This document shows, in pieces, positions 58,725 to 64,000 of a stretch of 64,000 nt of DNA. Numbering within the stretch: position 1 is the stretch's first letter; the number at the start of each line of letters is the position of its first letter. A model generated the notes under the pieces. That model was given only the letters and a program-made list of their open reading frames with translations. It ran no database searches and had not been told where the DNA came from. Made by a program: the position numbers and the translations under genes. Origin of the DNA: Opitutaceae bacterium (GTDB lineage Bacteria; Verrucomicrobiota; Verrucomicrobiia; Opitutales; Opitutaceae); NCBI GenBank assembly GCA_035519475.1, contig DATIWI010000179.1, positions 29,499 through 93,498 of the forward strand, read 5' to 3'.

Positions 58725-59891
58725 TCATCTTTGGATTACGGCGATCACCAGCGCATAGATGACGAGATTGACGATCGCGAGAGGGAGCAAGCCGCGCCAG
58801 CCGATGCGCATGACCTGGTCGTAGCGAAAGCGCGGCACGGTCCAGCGCACCCACATGAAGAAGAAAATCATGAACAGCACCTTCGCGAGGAATATGGCGA
58901 TCGAGAGGATCCCCATGACGAATGGATTGAGCCACCACTGCCAGCCCGTGAGGTGCTGGAGCCAGCCGAGCAGGCCGCCGAGCGGCAGCCAGGGCAGCGG
59001 GTTCCAGCCGCCGAAGAACAGGAGCACGAACACGCCGGACCCGACGGCCATGTGCGAATACTCGGCCACGAAAAAGAGCGACCACTTGAACGAGCCGTAT
59101 TCCGTGTGGAAACCGCCGACGAGATCGGCCTCGGACTCGATCATGTCGAATGGCAGGCGGTTGGTCTCGGCAAAGAGCGCCACGAGGAAGATCAGGGCCG
59201 AGATCGGCATGAGCATGAAAAACCACGTGCCGCCCCAGAAGCCGGGCTGGCTCTGAAAAGCGACCACGCGCGCCAGGCTGAGCGTCCCCGGCACACCCGG
59301 CGCGTTGACCCAGAGGAACACCGGCAGTACGGACAACGTCAGCGACAGCTCGTACGAGATGAGCTGGGCCGAGGCGCGCACGCTGCCCAGAAACGGATAT
59401 TTCGAGTTGGAGGCCCAACCGGCCAGGATCATCGAGTAGATGCCCAGCGACGCGATCGCGAAGACCGCGAGCAGGCCGACGTCGACGTCGGCCAGCATGA
59501 GCGGCACGAGCCGGCCCGCCTCGTCGAGATAGGCCCCGAACGGCACGACGGTCACGGTCGTGAACGCCGGGATCATGGCGATCCCCGGGGCGATCAGGTA
59601 ATAGAACTTGTTCACGTGGCCGGGCAGCGGATCCTCCTTGAAGAGCAGCTTGCCGCCGTCGGCCAGCAGGTTGAAGGCGCCCAACCGCTGGAGCCATCGC
59701 CCGAGGAATGGCACCCACGTGAACCACGGCACCATGACCCGGTTGGGTCCGAAGCGTCCCTGCAGCCAGGCCGAGACCTTGCGTTCAGCCATGGAGCACG
59801 CCCCCGCGATCGGGAAGATGACGCAGATCACCGCCAGACCCTTGATCAGGCCCTGGATGACCGGGTGCAGGCTGGTCCAGAAATCGATCAT
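58725..59891 (-). CDS. nuoH: NADH-quinone oxidoreductase subunit H
   Basis: ERKVSAWLQGRFGPNRV and AETNRLPFDMIESEADLVGGFHTEY motifs. Confidence 0.95.
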   Translation of the reverse strand: MIDFWTSLHPVIQGLIKGLAVICVIFPIAGACSMAERKVSAWLQGRFGPNRVMVPWFTWVPFLGRWLQRLGAFNLLADGGKLLFKEDPLPGHVNKFYYLIAPGIAMIPAFTTVTVVPFGAYLDEAGRLVPLMLADVDVGLLAVFAIASLGIYSMILAGWASNSKYPFLGSVRASAQLISYELSLTLSVLPVFLWVNAPGVPGTLSLARVVAFQSQPGFWGGTWFFMLMPISALIFLVALFAETNRLPFDMIESEADLVGGFHTEYGSFKWSLFFVAEYSHMAVGSGVFVLLFFGGWNPLPWLPLGGLLGWLQHLTGWQWWLNPFVMGILSIAIFLAKVLFMIFFFMWVRWTVPRFRYDQVMRIGWRGLLPLAIVNLVIYALVIAVIQR

Positions 59892-61591
59892 GGCTGGGGA
59901 GCCGTCGCGGGGCCGGCCGGTTTGAAATGCAATGCCTCGCCTTCGGGGAAGGGGAGCGCCGCGAACGCGCTCCCGTCGAGCAACAGGCCGGTGGCCGGCA
60001 GGTTCTGGTAGGTGACCACGGCCAATGATTTGATTTCGGCGGCCAGCGCGGTCCAGAGGCCATCGACAGCGCCGGCCAGTGCCGGCCCACCGGCGGCCGC
60101 CACGAGTTTCCCGAGCGTCACCAAATCGTCGTCCACGCCGCGGGGCCCGGGGACGGCGGGCGCGAACTTCTGGAGGCGGAACTGCTGGTTGACGAAGGTC
60201 CCGGCTTTCTCGAAGACGGTCAGCGTCGGCATCACGACCGCGGCCGCGGCGCTCGTCGCGTTGGCGTGCGTGCCGAGGTACACCACGGAAATTCTCTTCA
60301 GCTGCGCCGCGCCGAGGCCGGCGGCGGCGAGGTCCTCGCCGATGCTCAGCACTGTCTTCACCTGGCCGGCATCGATCAGCGCCGCGAGCTCGGTGAGCCG
60401 CGGCCCCGGCAGCGTCTTGATGAGGCCGGTGACGAGCGCGCCGCGGATATTCGGATTGCGGTCGGCGGAAATGAGCAGGCCGTCGCCCTGCCCCACCCGC
60501 CCGACGAGCCCGACCGGCGCCTTGAGCGCGTCGGCGAGCTTCCTGGTCAGAAACTGCTCCTCGACGCTGCTGCGTCCGGAACCGACGATCGCCACGCCGC
60601 CCGCCTTGAGCAGTTCTGCCGCCCTCGCCATCGCCTCGGCAGCGGAGGTCTCGCTCCCGCCGACCCTATGCCGGGTCAGGCGGTCGTCGGCGGTCACCTG
60701 TTTGTAGAGCATCCGGCCGCTGTCGGCCATCCACACGTCGTTCACCTCGTCGTTACGGCGCGGGGTGATGCGGTAGATCACACCTTCACGGCTCCAGACT
60801 TCCGTATTCACGCCGACCGAGGACTCGGCGCAGATGCTGGGCGTCACCTTGAGGAACCACACGCGCATCTTGAACCGGAAATCCGTGCTGGTGAGCGCGC
60901 CGACCGGGCAGATGTCAACGGTGTTGAGCGAGTAGTTGTTCTCCAGCTTCCGGCCCGGGTAGCAGGTAAGCGTGCTGTAGCTGCCCCGGTCGACAAAGCC
61001 GAGCACGTCATCCCGGGCGACCTCCTTGCAGAAGCGCACGCAGCGGGAACAGAGGATGCAGCGCTCGTCGTCGAGCATGACGCGCGGGCCGAGCAGGGTC
61101 CGCTTGGGCTTGACGTTCTTGGGCTCAGTGAAGCGCGAATAGCCACGGCCGTAACCGGTGGCCTGCTCCTGGAGCCTGCACTCGCCGGCCTGGTCGCAGA
61201 TCGGGCAGTCGAGCGGGTGGTTGATGAGGAGGAATTCCATCACCCCTTCGCGGCAGTCCTTGACCAGCGGCGTGGTCGTGCGGATGTGCAAGCCGGGCGC
61301 GGCGTTGGTGAAGCACGCGATGGTCGGCTTGGGCACCCAGTTGATCTTCGGCCGGCCCGTCGCCGGGTCCATCACCGGCTGCTTCGTGGCGGGATCCAGC
61401 GCCGGCATGCCCATCTCCACGAGACACATGCGGCAATTGCCCGCGACGCTCAGCTTCGGATGGTAGCAGAAATGCGGAATCTCGATGCCAACCAGGCGGG
61501 CGGCCTCGATCATGTTCGTGCCTTTCGGCACCAGCACCTCCCGGCCGTCGATATTCACGGCAATGCGTTCAGGTTGGGGGGATGCGATCAT
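59888..61591 (-). CDS. nuoG: NADH-quinone oxidoreductase subunit G (short, 567-aa form)
   Basis: N-terminal 2Fe-2S and 4Fe-4S motifs (CYHPKLSVAGNCRMCLVE, HPLDCPICDQAGECRLQ, CILCSRCVRFC). ATGA overlap with the nuoH start. Confidence 0.92.
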   Translation of the reverse strand: MIASPQPERIAVNIDGREVLVPKGTNMIEAARLVGIEIPHFCYHPKLSVAGNCRMCLVEMGMPALDPATKQPVMDPATGRPKINWVPKPTIACFTNAAPGLHIRTTTPLVKDCREGVMEFLLINHPLDCPICDQAGECRLQEQATGYGRGYSRFTEPKNVKPKRTLLGPRVMLDDERCILCSRCVRFCKEVARDDVLGFVDRGSYSTLTCYPGRKLENNYSLNTVDICPVGALTSTDFRFKMRVWFLKVTPSICAESSVGVNTEVWSREGVIYRITPRRNDEVNDVWMADSGRMLYKQVTADDRLTRHRVGGSETSAAEAMARAAELLKAGGVAIVGSGRSSVEEQFLTRKLADALKAPVGLVGRVGQGDGLLISADRNPNIRGALVTGLIKTLPGPRLTELAALIDAGQVKTVLSIGEDLAAAGLGAAQLKRISVVYLGTHANATSAAAAVVMPTLTVFEKAGTFVNQQFRLQKFAPAVPGPRGVDDDLVTLGKLVAAAGGPALAGAVDGLWTALAAEIKSLAVVTYQNLPATGLLLDGSAFAALPFPEGEALHFKPAGPATAPQP

Positions 61592-61600
61592 GGCGGATTC

Positions 61601-62950
61601 CTACACGAGCGCGGGGGTGGCGGCGCTTCGGTGCTTGCCGGCCTCGGCGTAGTCCTTGAACTCGTCGCCGAATTTCTGGACGAAGCTCTGCGTGGGCCAG
61701 GCGCAGGCCTCGCCGAAGGGGCAGACGGTGCGGCCGGCGATCTGGTCCGCCACGCTTTTGAGCAGCTCGCCGTCGCCGGGGCGGGCGTCGCCGTGCACCA
61801 TGCGGGCGGTGATCTTCTTCATCCAGAGCGAGCCCTCGCGGCAGGGCGTGCACTGGCCGCAGCTCTCGTGGGCGTAGAAGGCCGCGATATTCGCCAGCGC
61901 CGCGACCATGTCGGCCGAATCGTCGAGCACGATTACGCCGCCGGAGCCGCCCATCGAGCCGCACGCCGCCAGCGAATCGAAGTCCAGCGGGATGTCCTCC
62001 ACCCCCCAGTCCACCGTCGAGCCGTCGCGCAGCCGCAGGTTGAACCGTTCGCCGAACCGGAGGACCTTGGAGGACGAGCCGCCGGGGATCACGGCCTTGA
62101 ACTTCCGCCCGGGAGGGGGGCCGCCGCAGACCTCGTGGAGCAGCTGGCCGAGGGTGATCTTGCCGCACTCGAACTCGTAGTAGCCCGGCCGCCGCACGTG
62201 GCCGCTCACGCAGAGCAGACGCGTGCCGGTGTTGTTGTTGGTGCCGATCCGCGCGAAGGCCTCGCCGCCCATGGCGGCCACATGCTTCACGTGGCAGAGG
62301 GTCTCCACGTTGTTCACGATGGTCGGACACTGGTAGAGACCGAGCACCGCGGGGAAGTACGGCGGCTTGATGCGCGGATAGGGGCGCTTGCCCTCGAGCG
62401 ACTCGATCAGGCCGGTCTCCTCGCCGCAGATGTAGGCGCCGGCCCCGCGGTGCACATAGATCTCGCAGGAATAGCCGGTGCCGAGGATGTTGGGCCCCGC
62501 GAACTGGTGCGCCCGCGCCTCGGCAATCGCGGCCTCGAGCAGGCGCGCGCCCTGCGGAAACTCGCCGCGGATGTAGATGTAAGCCTGCTTCACCTGGTTC
62601 GCCCAGCACGCGATCAGGATGCCCTCGAGCAGCTGGTGCGGATCCTGGTGGATGATGTAGCGGTCCTTGAACGTCCCGGGCTCGGACTCATCGGCATTGG
62701 CGATCAGATAAATGGGCTTGCCGCTGCGGCGGTCGACCAGCGACCACTTGACGCCGCAGGGGAACCCGGCGCCGCCCCGCCCGCGCAGGCCGGACTTCTT
62801 CACCTCGTCAATCAGTTCCTCCGGCCGGCGCACGACCGATTTCCGCAACACCTCGTAGCCGCCGTGCCGCAGGTAACACGGGAGGTCGGTTGTGTAGCCG
62901 GGCTCGCCAAGATGCTGGCAGATCAGGCGGCGTTCAGCGAAAGGCGGCAT
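61601..62950 (-). CDS. nuoF: NADH-quinone oxidoreductase subunit F
   Basis: GRGGAGFPCGVKW, GAGAYICGEETGLIESLEG and ESCGQCTPCREG motifs. Confidence 0.95.
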   Translation of the reverse strand: MPPFAERRLICQHLGEPGYTTDLPCYLRHGGYEVLRKSVVRRPEELIDEVKKSGLRGRGGAGFPCGVKWSLVDRRSGKPIYLIANADESEPGTFKDRYIIHQDPHQLLEGILIACWANQVKQAYIYIRGEFPQGARLLEAAIAEARAHQFAGPNILGTGYSCEIYVHRGAGAYICGEETGLIESLEGKRPYPRIKPPYFPAVLGLYQCPTIVNNVETLCHVKHVAAMGGEAFARIGTNNNTGTRLLCVSGHVRRPGYYEFECGKITLGQLLHEVCGGPPPGRKFKAVIPGGSSSKVLRFGERFNLRLRDGSTVDWGVEDIPLDFDSLAACGSMGGSGGVIVLDDSADMVAALANIAAFYAHESCGQCTPCREGSLWMKKITARMVHGDARPGDGELLKSVADQIAGRTVCPFGEACAWPTQSFVQKFGDEFKDYAEAGKHRSAATPALV

Positions 62951-62983
62951 GGACGGTGCAATTCAAGGGTGAAGCATTCGGGC

Positions 62984-63421
62984 TCAGCGGCTGGCGGGCC
63001 CGCTGTCCTCGCGCAGGAATTTCGCGTAGTCGCCGTGCGGAATCGGCTGCAGGTCGAACAACGGGCGCTGGAAGACGTAAGCCCAGGCGGTCACAGTGCG
63101 CCCGTCACGCAGGGTGACGGGCACGAGATCCCGGCGGAATTCGCTCGTGTCGGGCGAGGCCGGGTCGAAGCCCTCGTATTGATCGAGCCGCACGAAGGCG
63201 GCTTGCGGCGCAAACACCCGGTAGACCTCGCCGGTGACGGCCGCGCCCTGCGGATCGTGCACGAATACGGGAAAGTCGACGGCCTGATACAGGCGGCCCT
63301 TCACCGTGCCGTGGCCCACCAGTTCCGCGCCATCGGCCAGCAGGCGGTGCGCGGCATGCCCCGCGGCCCGCCGCAGCGTGCCATAGGTGAAAAGCAGGTC
63401 GGTGGGAGGCGTTTCGGTCAT
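62984..63421 (-). CDS. Gamma-glutamylcyclotransferase (AIG2/GGACT-like) family protein
   Basis: LLFTYGTLRR near the N-terminus and LDQYEGF...FRR later, matching the YGTL and catalytic Glu blocks of the GGCT fold. Its ATG at 63421 lies 2 nt after the nuoE stop. Confidence 0.7.
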   Translation of the reverse strand: MTETPPTDLLFTYGTLRRAAGHAAHRLLADGAELVGHGTVKGRLYQAVDFPVFVHDPQGAAVTGEVYRVFAPQAAFVRLDQYEGFDPASPDTSEFRRDLVPVTLRDGRTVTAWAYVFQRPLFDLQPIPHGDYAKFLREDSGPASR

Positions 63422-63423
63422 GG

Positions 63424-63927
63424 TCAACGGCCCCCCTGGACGCCGCGGACCGCGGCCTCCTGTTTGATCCGCGCGGCGAGCTCGCGCGCCCGGGCGGAAT
63501 CAACCTTTTCGTGCAGCTCCTCATCGATCATCACGACCGGGCCGGTGCCGCAGCTCGCCAGACATTCCACGAACTCGATGGTCACCTCCCCGTCCGCCGA
63601 CGTCTCGCCGGGCGCGCAGTCGAACTGCCTGCGGAACTCCTCGCAGACCTGGTAGCCGCCCACCAGCGCGCACGACAGCGTCCGGCAAACCCTGATGTGG
63701 CGACGGCCGACGGGCTTCTGCCGGAACATCGGGTAGAACGTGACCAGCTCGTAGATGTTGATCGGCTGCAGTTCGAGCTTCTGCGCGATCCACTCGATGG
63801 CCTCCGGGGAAACAAACCCCTGATCCTCCTGCACCAGGTGCAGCAGCGGCAACGCCGCACTTCGCTTCACCGGATAGTGCGTGATGACCTCGTCGATCTT
63901 CTGGAGGGTTTCGGGCTTGAGCTTCAT
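63424..63927 (-). CDS. nuoE: NADH-quinone oxidoreductase subunit E (2Fe-2S)
   Basis: YPVKRSAALPLLHLVQ, RVCRTLSCALVGG and ECLASCGTGPVVMID motifs. Start at MKLKPETL (ATG at 63927). The frame stays open upstream to the window edge. Confidence 0.9.
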   Translation of the reverse strand: MKLKPETLQKIDEVITHYPVKRSAALPLLHLVQEDQGFVSPEAIEWIAQKLELQPINIYELVTFYPMFRQKPVGRRHIRVCRTLSCALVGGYQVCEEFRRQFDCAPGETSADGEVTIEFVECLASCGTGPVVMIDEELHEKVDSARARELAARIKQEAAVRGVQGGR

Positions 63928-64000
63928 CTTGAAACCACAAAGGCACAGAGGGCACAAAGAAGCCGGGAGATCGCGTTCAAATGATTCATGTCTCTGTGTG

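Noticed and set aside
60266-63655. Very long antisense ORFs opposite well-supported genes: the 1129-aa ORF at 60266-63655 opposite nuoG/F/E, 12617-15304 opposite ftsK, 53096-55114 and 55139-57106 opposite nuoM/L, 18205-19863 opposite nfeD, and 58731-60011 opposite nuoH.
   Set aside because: Their translations are low-complexity and rich in R/G/A/P/H/D, with no recognisable motif. They exactly shadow genes that have strong family signatures. Stop-poor antisense frames are expected in DNA this GC-rich.
63924-63989. 21-codon upstream ORF (MNHLNAISRLLCALCAFVVSR) whose TGA overlaps the nuoE ATG (ATGA).
   Set aside because: Third-position G/C is only about 50%, the ORF is very short, and it lies at the window edge, so upstream context (the nuoD end or a promoter) is not visible. 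It cannot be supported as a gene from this sequence alone.
1-64000. CRISPR arrays, tRNA/rRNA/tmRNA genes, transposases, integrases, phage or toxin-antitoxin and known defence-system genes.
   Set aside because: Reading both strands, I saw no regularly spaced direct repeats, no cloverleaf-like sequences in the intergenic regions, and no ORF with transposase, recombinase, nuclease-helicase or other defence-type motifs. The window looks like core chromosome.

Overview
GC-rich bacterial chromosomal segment (by eye mid-60s % G+C; third-codon positions are mostly G/C in typical genes). The gene content (several prepilin-type N-termini, a long ThyX-like protein, a sigma-54 regulator, nuo genes) fits a Verrucomicrobiota/PVC-like Gram-negative, but that is only an inference. 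I call 63 protein-coding genes, nearly all housekeeping. In order: accB-accC; a seven-gene minor-pilin plus PilM/N/O/P-like operon; purN, an HldC-like gene, dnaJ, grpE, a membrane protein and manA on the minus strand; ftsK; rodZ; a NfeD-NfeD-FloA membrane-microdomain operon; an aldose-epimerase-family gene, tatA, an Smr gene and a DUF4199 gene; a low-GC LysR regulator with a divergent small membrane protein; a phasin-like gene plus ubiB-family kinase; a sensor kinase with a sigma-54 response regulator; an atypically long adenylate-kinase-like protein; a four-gene MacAB-type ABC efflux operon; an MBL hydrolase; pyk; a DUF2721 gene; a small His/Cys membrane peptide plus TonB-dependent receptor; ftsY-nusB-ribH-ribB(X); rarA; thiD; comEC; an EEP hydrolase; a ThyX-like gene; and nuoE to nuoN with a gamma-glutamylcyclotransferase-like gene between nuoE and nuoF. 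I saw no rRNA, tRNA, CRISPR array, transposase/integrase or phage genes. Many track ORFs carry spurious N-terminal extensions or are antisense shadow ORFs typical of high-GC DNA; I trimmed starts to conserved N-termini with a verified ATG/GTG. I found no convincing evidence for a wholly new multi-gene system. The best leads are the stand-alone minor-pilin/PilMNOP module, the GGCT-like insertion in the nuo operon, the extended adenylate-kinase-like protein, the divergent double-length ThyX-like protein, the His/Cys peptide upstream of the TonB receptor, and two ~620-680 nt unassigned intergenic regions. All functional calls rest on motif recognition by eye and need HMM or structure confirmation.
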